Assembly (NCBI GenBank): GCA_045630455.1
Contig: JAZQTD010000048.1
Coordinates: 67,828-131,180 of the forward strand
Reading direction: 5' to 3'
Length of the DNA stretch: 63,353 bases
Origin: Candidatus Enterousia sp.
GTDB lineage: Bacteria > Pseudomonadota > Alphaproteobacteria > Rs-D84
The notes beneath the pieces are model-generated. The model worked only from the letters and a program-made list of their open reading frames with translations, searched no databases and was not told the origin of the DNA. A program made the position numbers and the translations under genes. Shown in pieces: positions 10,404-19,178 of the stretch (the first letter of the stretch is position 1; every line of letters starts with the position of its first letter).

Positions 10404-11738
10404 TCAGTCAAATGGATTATCAGACTTTTCATACTCAATTACAATCGGTAAATGTTCCCATTTTAATGCCGTTGCAATACCTCGACGCAGATATCGTGTA
10501 TACGATTCTGGGATATCAGATGCACCGCCAACGTTAATCGTTATGCGCATCGGATGGCGCCCCGTTTGACGTGCAAATTTAATCTTCATCGGACGTTTCA
10601 AGCGCGACATAGGTGGCTGACGTTCTGCGACCAATTTTTCAACGATTCTGTTAATCAAACTGGTTGGTGCCTGGGCGGATGAAATATCCCACTGTTCATA
10701 AACGCGTTTGAATAAATTCTGGACGCCGGTGCCCGTTTCTGCAGAAATTGCTAAAATCAGTGGCTTGATAATCTGGTGGAAAGAATTTGAAAATTGGTGC
10801 TTTAATTTCAGCAGTTTTTCATCACGTTCAGATGGGTCAATCAAATCCCATTTATTTAGTGCGACACATAAAATCTTGCCCGCGTCATATACACGACCGG
10901 CGATTCCCAACGCCTGGTTTTCAATGTTTTTTGTCGCATCTACAACCAGTATTACAACATCTGATTTGCCAATCGCATCCAAAGATTTTAGCGCAGACAA
11001 CGTTTCTACATCGTCTTTGACCCCCGCCTTGCGACGCAGCCCCGCTGTATCCATCAAAACAATATCGCGACCATAAAATTTAGTTGGTATTTTAACCGTG
11101 TCACGTGTAATACCCGGCGCATCCATAACAATCTGACGTGTTGTGCCCAGTACACGATTAACCAATGTAGATTTACCAACATTAGGCTGACCCATAATAG
11201 CGATTTTAACGCGTGTGTCGGCTTTTTTTTCGGGTATTGGGGCATCGGCTTCGTCGCCGGCAATTTTGTCCAAGAATTCATAGATTGCATCAAAGCCGCG
11301 TTTGTGTTCAGCAGAAATCATTTGCGGTTCGCCAAAGCCCAATTTATAAAAATCATGAACATCGGCCATACGTTTGCCAGATTCAGACTTATTAACCAGC
11401 AATAATACCGGCGCTTTGGTCTTGCGACGAACCAAGCGCGCCCAATCCAGGTCCGAGTTGGTTAATCCTACACGCCCATCAACAACAAATAATACAGCAT
11501 CCGCTGCAACAATGGCATCAATTGCCATATTGGTTGAATCCAGCGCAATACCGTCTTTGGCGTTTTCCAGACCCGCTGTATCCATTAGTTTATACGGGCG
11601 GTCGGAAAATGTTCCATCAATACAATCACGCGTCACCCCAGGGCGATCGTGCACCAGTGCGTCACGCGTTCCCGTCAGGGCATTAAATAATGTGGACTTG
11701 CCTGTATTTGGGCGTCCGGCTATGGTTACTTTTATCAT
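10404..11738 (-). CDS. der: Ribosome biogenesis GTPase Der (EngA)
   Basis: Two tandem G domains (GRPNTGKSTL/DTAG/NKSE and GQPNVGKSTL/DTAG/NKWD) plus a KH-like tail. Confidence 0.96.
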   Translation of the reverse strand: MIKVTIAGRPNTGKSTLFNALTGTRDALVHDRPGVTRDCIDGTFSDRPYKLMDTAGLENAKDGIALDSTNMAIDAIVAADAVLFVVDGRVGLTNSDLDWARLVRRKTKAPVLLLVNKSESGKRMADVHDFYKLGFGEPQMISAEHKRGFDAIYEFLDKIAGDEADAPIPEKKADTRVKIAIMGQPNVGKSTLVNRVLGTTRQIVMDAPGITRDTVKIPTKFYGRDIVLMDTAGLRRKAGVKDDVETLSALKSLDAIGKSDVVILVVDATKNIENQALGIAGRVYDAGKILCVALNKWDLIDPSERDEKLLKLKHQFSNSFHQIIKPLILAISAETGTGVQNLFKRVYEQWDISSAQAPTSLINRIVEKLVAERQPPMSRLKRPMKIKFARQTGRHPMRITINVGGASDIPESYTRYLRRGIATALKWEHLPIVIEYEKSDNPFD

Positions 11739-11805
11739 AACTTTTTCCATTGATTTTTTGTAATTATAAAGCAAAAATATAAATAATCAAATCTGGGGGT
11801 AAAAA

Positions 11806-12399
11806 ATGATTAAAAAGTTCAAGCGCGCAATAAAACACGTTCGTGATGTTATTATCAATCCACGGCGCTTTTTTACCAAGATTGTTGCAGACGGCAATAT
11901 GGAAGAAGCGATGTTCAAAGCATTCCTGTGGGGATTGCTGGGTGGGTTATTGGTTTTTGGTATTAATATGCTAACTGGTGCATCATTCACATTTGGCGCG
12001 TTATTTAGCGCATTAATTATCGCTCCTGTTATGGCTGTTGGTGTTTTGTTTGTTATGGGCGGTTTATTGATGCTGGTATCTGAAATTACAGGTGGCGAAC
12101 GCGACTGGGAAATCGCGATTAAGGCATTGGCATCTGTGTTTTTTATGTACCCTGTGATATTGGGCGTAAATGCGTTGGCATTTAATTGTACATCGATTTG
12201 GGTAATCAGTATGTTGGTCGATTTGTATATATTGTTCTTGTTCTATAATATCGCACTGTATGCTATGCGTGGGAATCGCAGTAATGTTGTACTGGTTATT
12301 GCAATGATTGCTTTATTCTTAGTAACGGTATATGCAACAGATTATCGAATGGGGTGGTTTGTACTGAAAAATAACAGTGCCGCATTCGCTTGTTTATAA
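11806..12399 (+). CDS. Yip1-family-like membrane protein
   Basis: VIINPRRFF N-terminal motif followed by about 5 transmembrane helices. Confidence 0.65.
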   Translation: MIKKFKRAIKHVRDVIINPRRFFTKIVADGNMEEAMFKAFLWGLLGGLLVFGINMLTGASFTFGALFSALIIAPVMAVGVLFVMGGLLMLVSEITGGERDWEIAIKALASVFFMYPVILGVNALAFNCTSIWVISMLVDLYILFLFYNIALYAMRGNRSNVVLVIAMIALFLVTVYATDYRMGWFVLKNNSAAFACL

Positions 12400-12425
12400 A
12401 AAAAACCGGCATTTGCCGGTTTTTT
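12398..12425. terminator. Bidirectional terminator containing the CCGG palindrome (copy 7)
   Basis: A-tract-CCGGCATTTGCCGG-T-tract between convergent genes. Confidence 0.8.
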
Positions 12426-13524
12426 ATTTAGCATTGTTTAATCGCAACTGACCACAGGCTGAACCAATATCCGTCCCACGTTCACGGCGGATACGTGTAT
12501 GAATACCGTTTTTAATTAAAATATCTTGGAAACGATGTACGGCATTACCAGATGGTGATGCAAAGTCGCGTTCATCAACCGCATTCCACGGTATCAGATT
12601 TACCATACAATTTTTCCCACGCAATAATTCAGACAGTTTTTCGGCATATTCAGGCGTCGCATTATACAAGACAGTTTCGCCATTTTCATCTTTTTTGCCC
12701 AGCAATATATATTCTATCATCAGTTGGCGGTTATGCGTGTCTGTGAAACGCCATGCGGCATCTAATACTTCACTCAACTTGTATTTATTATTAATCGGCA
12801 TAATTTGTGAACGCAATTCATCGGTTGGTGCATGCAAAGAAATTGCCAAATTAATCGGACGACCCCATTCAATTAAGCGTTCAATCCCCGGCACAATACC
12901 GCACGTAGATACCGTTATCCGCCGCCAACCAATACCCATATCGCTGTTTGCGCGTTCTATAAAGTTGATTACGTTTTCTGAGTTCAGTAGCGGTTCGCCC
13001 GTGCCCATAATAACAATATGCGATACATCATTGTTGTTTGCATCACCATTTGGACGAATCGGTTTATCACTAAACTTATCATTTCGTAATTCCCACTGTG
13101 CAACCAGAATCTGGGCAAAGATTTCATTTGCGGTCAAATTACGTTTTAAACCCAACAGTGTACTGGCACAGAAACGACAGCCCATTGCACAGCCGGCCTG
13201 GGAACTGACACAAACACTGTTGCCGTATGTTGTGCGCATTAAAACGCATTCGATTGTTTCGCCGTCGTTTAGTTCCAATAAAAACTTAGTCGTTTCTCCG
13301 TCACCAGATTCCAGTTTTTGTATAATTTTTACCGGCAATGTTTGCGCCACACCGTCTAAATCACGGCGCAAATTCTCTGGGATATTTTTCATAGATGCAA
13401 AATCAGGAGCACCACGCAATAACCATTCACGAATTTGCTTGGCACGAAATTTTGGCTGGCCCATATCTTCGATAAATTTAGCCAATTGGGCATCTGTTAA
13501 ATTAAAAAGTATTTGCTTGCTCAT
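12424..13524 (-). CDS. rlmN: 23S rRNA/tRNA m2A methyltransferase RlmN (radical SAM)
   Basis: SSQAGCAMGCRFC, MGTGEPLLN, AISLHAP, ACGQL. Confidence 0.96.
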   Translation of the reverse strand: MSKQILFNLTDAQLAKFIEDMGQPKFRAKQIREWLLRGAPDFASMKNIPENLRRDLDGVAQTLPVKIIQKLESGDGETTKFLLELNDGETIECVLMRTTYGNSVCVSSQAGCAMGCRFCASTLLGLKRNLTANEIFAQILVAQWELRNDKFSDKPIRPNGDANNNDVSHIVIMGTGEPLLNSENVINFIERANSDMGIGWRRITVSTCGIVPGIERLIEWGRPINLAISLHAPTDELRSQIMPINNKYKLSEVLDAAWRFTDTHNRQLMIEYILLGKKDENGETVLYNATPEYAEKLSELLRGKNCMVNLIPWNAVDERDFASPSGNAVHRFQDILIKNGIHTRIRRERGTDIGSACGQLRLNNAK

Positions 13525-13526
13525 AT

Positions 13527-14345
13527 TTATAACTTGTATCTGTCGTCGTTGATAACAATGACCGCTTTGCGACGTAATTGTTTAAGTTGCTGGTCTGCCT
13601 GAAATATTGCGGATTTATAAATCGCATTTTGTTTTATGATATTATCCAAGTCACCATATTCTTTGGTCTTTTTCGCATCACAGACCAATAAAACATTTCC
13701 ATCTACGCGCGATGACCAGGTAAGTTTTTTTAAGTCTGCCACGCGTTCACGCACGTCTGATGCCAATTCATACTGCATAGCAGTAAACTTTTGTGGTGCA
13801 CCACCTAAGTCTTCGGCGATTTTTATTGCATCATCACACGATTTTGGCTTGGTCAGTTTTTTTGCAATTTCTTCGGGAATATTAACCAAGCGAACAATCG
13901 TCATTTCGATCGGCAATCCGTGCTCTGATGCCAAGGATTGTTTTTCTGCCTCAATCTCGTCTTTGGTCACTTCTATTTTTGGAACGATTGTATGGGAAAT
14001 TAAAACCTGCCATGCGATTTCAGATTTTAATGCGCTGCGTGCCATATCGCGTTCAGCCGCCGTCAAATCGCCCAGATTCATTTTCTTTAATTCTTTGTCT
14101 ATGTCGTCATCTGTTGGGGTAACACCAAAATTTGATGCGTGTGCCAACTTTACCGCATCATCAATAATCGCATTCAACGCAACACGACGATTATCAGATG
14201 ATGTTGTTCCTTGTTTCGCCATCAAAGTTGTTCGCGAAGTAATATCTGTATCTGTGATGGCTTTGCCATTAACCGTTGCCACAACAGACGCACCGTACGC
14301 CGGCAGCGCAACAATCATAGACAACAAGATTAAGATTTTTTTCAT
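13527..14345 (-). CDS. surA: SurA-like periplasmic chaperone
   Basis: Signal peptide, VVATVNGKAITDTDI, LKQLRRKAVI; follows lptD. Confidence 0.75.
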   Translation of the reverse strand: MKKILILLSMIVALPAYGASVVATVNGKAITDTDITSRTTLMAKQGTTSSDNRRVALNAIIDDAVKLAHASNFGVTPTDDDIDKELKKMNLGDLTAAERDMARSALKSEIAWQVLISHTIVPKIEVTKDEIEAEKQSLASEHGLPIEMTIVRLVNIPEEIAKKLTKPKSCDDAIKIAEDLGGAPQKFTAMQYELASDVRERVADLKKLTWSSRVDGNVLLVCDAKKTKEYGDLDNIIKQNAIYKSAIFQADQQLKQLRRKAVIVINDDRYKL

Positions 14346-14363
14346 TTTTTCCTTCCTTTTCCA

Positions 14364-16388
14364 TTAATATCTTTGCCCGTCAATACTCATTCCAAAACGG
14401 AATTGAAATGTCGTTGTGCCGACATAGTCTTCTTTGACCGCATAATCACGACGATATTGAACAGATAAATAATAGCAAGGATGTTCATAGAATAAACCAC
14501 CTGTGTGACGCTGAAACTCGTCAATAGTCATATTGTATATCCCATTCCAACGTACCGCCCAACGATTGGTTAACTGAATACCTGCTCCGACAACCAATTC
14601 ATTCACATCATTCAGTCGTGCCATAGTTTCTTCAAATTGTTGGGAATAGATGTGGCCAATGTTCAAAAAATTCTTGGCTGTACCGATATGAGCAGATGTT
14701 TCAATGTGACGCAATGCAAAATCTGATCTGTCAAAGCGGAAACGTGTCGCAATATCCAGCCATTGGTTATTATTGTACCCAATGCGCCCCACATAGTCAG
14801 ATGCACCATGATGGTAGCCACTATTTTTATCAGTTGCTGCACGATCTGTAAAATCGTATGCCTGACCGATAAAGATTTCAGCATTTGTACCATCTTGATT
14901 ATTAAATGCGGAATAGCGCACGCCATAGTCTGCAAAAGTTCCGTTTTCCCATAAATCATAGCCAGAAAAACGATTGTCTGAAAATAGTGTTGAATCCGAT
15001 AAAAATGTTCCAGCAGAATCTGTAAATTCGCTAAATTGTTTTTCTTCTGTTTGGCGCATAAATGTCAAGCGTGCGCGTGGCTCTATAACTTGGGTCCAGG
15101 TATCGGATGGTTTGAACATAGGTAATCCCCATTCAATATATCCACTGGGCAAGAAACGATTTTTGTATCCAGAAAAATTAGCCTGGTTTATTAAATCTGT
15201 GTTATCAAAATGATACAGGTCGTATCGCGCATCCAAACTTAACGTTACGCGATTGCCACCCCACAGTGTCCAAGGCGAAGTAATACGTGCATCACCAGTC
15301 ACGCGTTGTGATGACATATCGTCACCCGACACACCCAAGACATCCGTTATAAATGTCATATATGTTTCAGCAAACAATGGCTGAGTTTGATATACACCAC
15401 GAATATTTGGTAAAATATTACCGCTGGCAATGGTTGTGTTGCCACGGTATTCGCTACGCAGTTCTTGGTATATGTGCATATCTGCAACAGCATATGCCGA
15501 TTGACCAAATAATTCCAGTTTTGCCCCAGAATCTAAATATGGTTGGTCGCTGTAAAATCCATATTTTTGCAGATATGTTTTATCTGATGCGCGTTCCAAG
15601 AAAATTGTAGCACGTGCATTATCGCCCAATTCGATTACGTCATCATTAAAGATATGCCAACGACTTTCGCCTTCTCTGTTATATGTATACGAAGCCTGAG
15701 TTTCGTATTCAGCATGCATTGCGTTTAATCTATGTTCTATTTGAAAAAGAGGATTCTCCTTGGTCAGATAAGACGTTGTTATTGTCATATCGTGCGTATC
15801 TGAAAAATTAATATACAACGGTAGATTTATCTGAGTTCCCATATTATTAGTAGAACCAAAATCAGGCGTTAAAAAACCTGTTTTGTATTTTATCCCCGGG
15901 TCTGGCATTTCAAAATAGGGCAACCATAATACTGGAATCTCATAGGCCCATAAAACAGGACTATAAAAACGCAACTGACGTTCGTCCATTTTATAGACAA
16001 TCTTGTAAGTCGATATTTTCCACGCATCCCCAAAACTGTCACAATTATCACAGGCTGTAAATAAAGCATCGCGAGCAACCGTTGTGTCGCCTGTGCGTTC
16101 TATGTTTGCGGATTCGATATACACATGTTCCCCAATCCATAGTTTTATGTCATCACCGGTTAAATTTGTTCCATCTTGGGAAATATAAGAATCTATTAAT
16201 GTCATACGCTGACCAGAGTTGTTTACAATCTCTGTTTTTCCAGATGTTTTTATAGTGGCATTTTTTATATCATATTCTATTTTATCTGCGGTAATAGTCT
16301 TTGGGGTGTCGACGCCAACCGACAGACCTGCATTTGCAAGTCCCATCATTACACTATACGCTGTTAAAAATAACGATATTTTTTTCAT
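14364..16388 (-). CDS. lptD: LPS assembly protein LptD
   Basis: Signal peptide, FTAC..C, P.PGIKYKTGFLTP, SDKTYLQKY, LFSDNRFSGYD; barrel-type C-terminus. Confidence 0.9.
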   Translation of the reverse strand: MKKISLFLTAYSVMMGLANAGLSVGVDTPKTITADKIEYDIKNATIKTSGKTEIVNNSGQRMTLIDSYISQDGTNLTGDDIKLWIGEHVYIESANIERTGDTTVARDALFTACDNCDSFGDAWKISTYKIVYKMDERQLRFYSPVLWAYEIPVLWLPYFEMPDPGIKYKTGFLTPDFGSTNNMGTQINLPLYINFSDTHDMTITTSYLTKENPLFQIEHRLNAMHAEYETQASYTYNREGESRWHIFNDDVIELGDNARATIFLERASDKTYLQKYGFYSDQPYLDSGAKLELFGQSAYAVADMHIYQELRSEYRGNTTIASGNILPNIRGVYQTQPLFAETYMTFITDVLGVSGDDMSSQRVTGDARITSPWTLWGGNRVTLSLDARYDLYHFDNTDLINQANFSGYKNRFLPSGYIEWGLPMFKPSDTWTQVIEPRARLTFMRQTEEKQFSEFTDSAGTFLSDSTLFSDNRFSGYDLWENGTFADYGVRYSAFNNQDGTNAEIFIGQAYDFTDRAATDKNSGYHHGASDYVGRIGYNNNQWLDIATRFRFDRSDFALRHIETSAHIGTAKNFLNIGHIYSQQFEETMARLNDVNELVVGAGIQLTNRWAVRWNGIYNMTIDEFQRHTGGLFYEHPCYYLSVQYRRDYAVKEDYVGTTTFQFRFGMSIDGQRY

Positions 16389-17443
16389 TTTCTGACCAGT
16401 ATAAATATTATTCCTATTAACAGCAACGCTTCCAGTCCAGCCAAAATAAATAAACCAGTTAGGCTAGAAATCATATTGGCACCTGACATAAATAACGCCA
16501 TAATGCATGCCATCAGTCCAACCGCCATAGCTGGTGCGGCACTGGCGCGACGACGCAACAGTGACGAACGTAATAACACGCACAGACACAGTGCTGCTAA
16601 AACCAAATTCATAAATGGCATCAATATACGATTAGCCAGTTCTGTTAATACGGTTTTATGGCGTTTAACATCCGGAGAATCCAATACGGATTTAATCAAT
16701 GTTGATGTTGGAACACGACGTACACGAAAAGATGCATTGCCACCCTTATCTACTACATTTAAATCCATATCAAATGTATCAAATGTACCTGTTATCACCG
16801 TATTACCAGTTGCCTGCAGTGAACCGTTCGTCATAACAATAGACAAACCACGTGGTGTAGATATTAATTTGCCTTTTTCAGCAAAAATTGTCTGCCATGT
16901 ATTGTTATCACGTTGGTCAGATAACATAACTTGGGCCAAATCGTATCCAGAAACTTTGTCTACATAGACAACCAACCCATCGTTTAGTTCTGTAAACGCC
17001 CCTTCCTGTAGTTTCATATGTGCCATACCATATCGCAGATTCCATTGGGTGTCATAAAACTTTGACTGGCTAATAGGTACAATCCATACGTTCAGCACTA
17101 AATGCAAAATCGTTAACACACCTGCCATCCATAATGCAGGCTTTGCAATTTGTTTTGGCGAAAATCCTGATGCGGCCATAACCGTAACCTCGTTATCAGA
17201 AATCATCTTATTATATATGAATATAACCGCAATAAACGTCACAAATGGCACAACGATTGACATAATAAACGGTATCATCATCGCAGTTAAGCCCAAAAAA
17301 CTGCCCAAATTCACGCCATAGTTCAACAAGAACTTCATCATAGACATAATCTGCACCATCCAAGCCAGCCCAGTCAGCACCAGCAACAGCATAACAAAGA
17401 TAGCGATTAATTGTCGCAAAAAGTATTTATTGATTATCTTCAT
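16385..17443 (-). CDS. lptF: LPS export permease LptF (LptF/G family)
   Basis: YFLRQL, SDNEVTVMAASG, EGAFTE..GLVVYV; 3+3 transmembrane helices. Confidence 0.85.
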   Translation of the reverse strand: MKIINKYFLRQLIAIFVMLLLVLTGLAWMVQIMSMMKFLLNYGVNLGSFLGLTAMMIPFIMSIVVPFVTFIAVIFIYNKMISDNEVTVMAASGFSPKQIAKPALWMAGVLTILHLVLNVWIVPISQSKFYDTQWNLRYGMAHMKLQEGAFTELNDGLVVYVDKVSGYDLAQVMLSDQRDNNTWQTIFAEKGKLISTPRGLSIVMTNGSLQATGNTVITGTFDTFDMDLNVVDKGGNASFRVRRVPTSTLIKSVLDSPDVKRHKTVLTELANRILMPFMNLVLAALCLCVLLRSSLLRRRASAAPAMAVGLMACIMALFMSGANMISSLTGLFILAGLEALLLIGIIFILVRK

Positions 17444-17450
17444 AAGTCAC

Positions 17451-17479
17451 AGTATAAAACCCAAAAGCCCAACCGTCAA
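17451..17479 (-). promoter_or_regulatory. Promoter for lptF-lptD-surA (leaderless geometry)
   Basis: TTGACG-17 nt-TATACT-7 nt-ATG. Confidence 0.65.
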
Positions 17480-17498
17480 ATAATATTCTACTTTTTCC

Positions 17499-17580
17499 TT
17501 GCAATTGTTCGATTCGGTGCTAGAATAGGCTTGTTCTTAAAACAGTTTTTAAGGGCGGGGTTGAAAGAACCCCGCCTTTT
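17499..17580 (+). promoter_or_regulatory. nusA promoter with a terminator-like leader hairpin
   Basis: TTGCAA-16 nt-TAGAAT, then GGCGGGGTT-GAAAG-AACCCCGCC-TTTT before the nusA RBS. Confidence 0.6.
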
Positions 17581-17618
17581 AATAAGACAGATAAAATAAA
17601 CAGCAAGGAGTAAAACAG

Positions 17619-19157
17619 ATGTCTTTTGTTTCTATGCCACGTCAAGATTTGCTTTTGGCAATTGAATCTTTGGCCCAGGAAAAAATGATTGAACGTGATA
17701 TTGTTATTGAATCACTGGAAGCGGCGATTGCAAAAATCGCAAAACATAAATATGGCGAAGAATTTAATATCGTTGCGAATATCGACCGCAAAAATGGTGC
17801 AATTTATGTAAAGCGTTTGTTTGCTGTTATCGAATCTCCAGAATCTATGGGCGAAGAATATGATCCAAACACAATGCTGACCGTGGCCCAGGCTAAAAAA
17901 TACGCCAAAGACCCTGTTGTTGGCGACGTTGTTGAAGATTCTCTGCCAGAACCTGAATTTGGGCGTATGGCATTCCAGACTGCAAAACAGATTATGACGA
18001 CGCGCGTCCGTGATGCTGAAAAAGGTCGTCAGTTCGAAGAATTCAAAGACAATATTGGCGATATCGTCAGTGGTGTTGTTAAACGTATCGAATTTGGCAA
18101 TATCTTTGTTGATATCAACGGCAAAGCAGAAGGTTATATCAAAGGCTCTGAATTAATCCCAGGCGAACGCTTAACGGTTGGTGACCGCGTACGTGCTTTG
18201 ATTATGGACGTTGCACGTTCTAATTCGGGTCCTCAGATTTTCTTGACCCGTACACATCCAATGTTTATGGAAAAACTGTTTGTCCAAGAAGTGCCTGAAA
18301 TCTATGAAGGTGTTATCAAAATTAAATCTGTGGCACGTGCACCGGGCTCACACGCTAAAATTGCAGTGGAAACCGCAGACCCATCTATTGATGCGGTTGG
18401 TATGACAGTTGGTATCAAGGGTACACGTATTCAGCCAGTTATCAACGAATGTCACGGTGAAAAAATTGACGTTATTCTGTATTCCGAAGACCCAGCAGTA
18501 TTTATCGTTAACGCAATGCAGCCAGCCAAGGTCGCAAAAATCATCGTTGACGAAGATACACGTACAGCCGCCGTTGTTGTCACCGAAGATCAGCAATCTT
18601 TGGCAATCGGTCGCCGTGGTCAAAACGTTCGCTTGGCTTCTCAATTAACAGGTTGGAACATTGACGTTATGAACGAAGCCGAAGAGCAAGAAAAACGTGC
18701 AAAAGAATTCAAAGAAAAGACAGAATTGTTTATCCGTGGTCTGGACGTTGATGAAATGATTGCGCACTTACTGATTACAGAAGGTTTCCGTACAATCGAA
18801 GAAATTGCATTTGTTGATATCGCTGAACTGGAATCAATCGAAGGCTTTAACGCAGAATTGGCGGCCGAATTACAGAAACGTGCAAAAGACTATCTGAACA
18901 AAGTAGAACAAGACTATCTGGACGAAGGGCATAAATTGGGGATGAGTGATGATTTGTTAACATTTACATTTATCAAACGTCCAACAATTATGAAACTGGG
19001 CGAAGCCGGTATCAAATCACTGGATGACTTGGCAGACTTAGCATCTGATGAATTGGTTGAAATTTTGGGTGAAGACAATATGTCAAATCGCTTGGCGGGT
19101 CGTATTATTATGAAGGCTCGCGAGGTTGCATACGGCATAACCCAGGACGAAGAATAA
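17619..19157 (+). CDS. nusA: Transcription termination/antitermination factor NusA
   Basis: FGRMAFQTAKQ, S1 domain, EVPEIYEG, SLAIGRRGQNVRLASQLTGW, AR repeats. Confidence 0.97.
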   Translation: MSFVSMPRQDLLLAIESLAQEKMIERDIVIESLEAAIAKIAKHKYGEEFNIVANIDRKNGAIYVKRLFAVIESPESMGEEYDPNTMLTVAQAKKYAKDPVVGDVVEDSLPEPEFGRMAFQTAKQIMTTRVRDAEKGRQFEEFKDNIGDIVSGVVKRIEFGNIFVDINGKAEGYIKGSELIPGERLTVGDRVRALIMDVARSNSGPQIFLTRTHPMFMEKLFVQEVPEIYEGVIKIKSVARAPGSHAKIAVETADPSIDAVGMTVGIKGTRIQPVINECHGEKIDVILYSEDPAVFIVNAMQPAKVAKIIVDEDTRTAAVVVTEDQQSLAIGRRGQNVRLASQLTGWNIDVMNEAEEQEKRAKEFKEKTELFIRGLDVDEMIAHLLITEGFRTIEEIAFVDIAELESIEGFNAELAAELQKRAKDYLNKVEQDYLDEGHKLGMSDDLLTFTFIKRPTIMKLGEAGIKSLDDLADLASDELVEILGEDNMSNRLAGRIIMKAREVAYGITQDEE

Positions 19158-19178
19158 ATAAAAGCGGAGTGAATTTAT

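Noticed and set aside
3325-12420. CRISPR array formed by the CCGG repeats
   Set aside because: The copies are 16 bp, irregularly spaced by hundreds to thousands of bases, and there are no cas genes.
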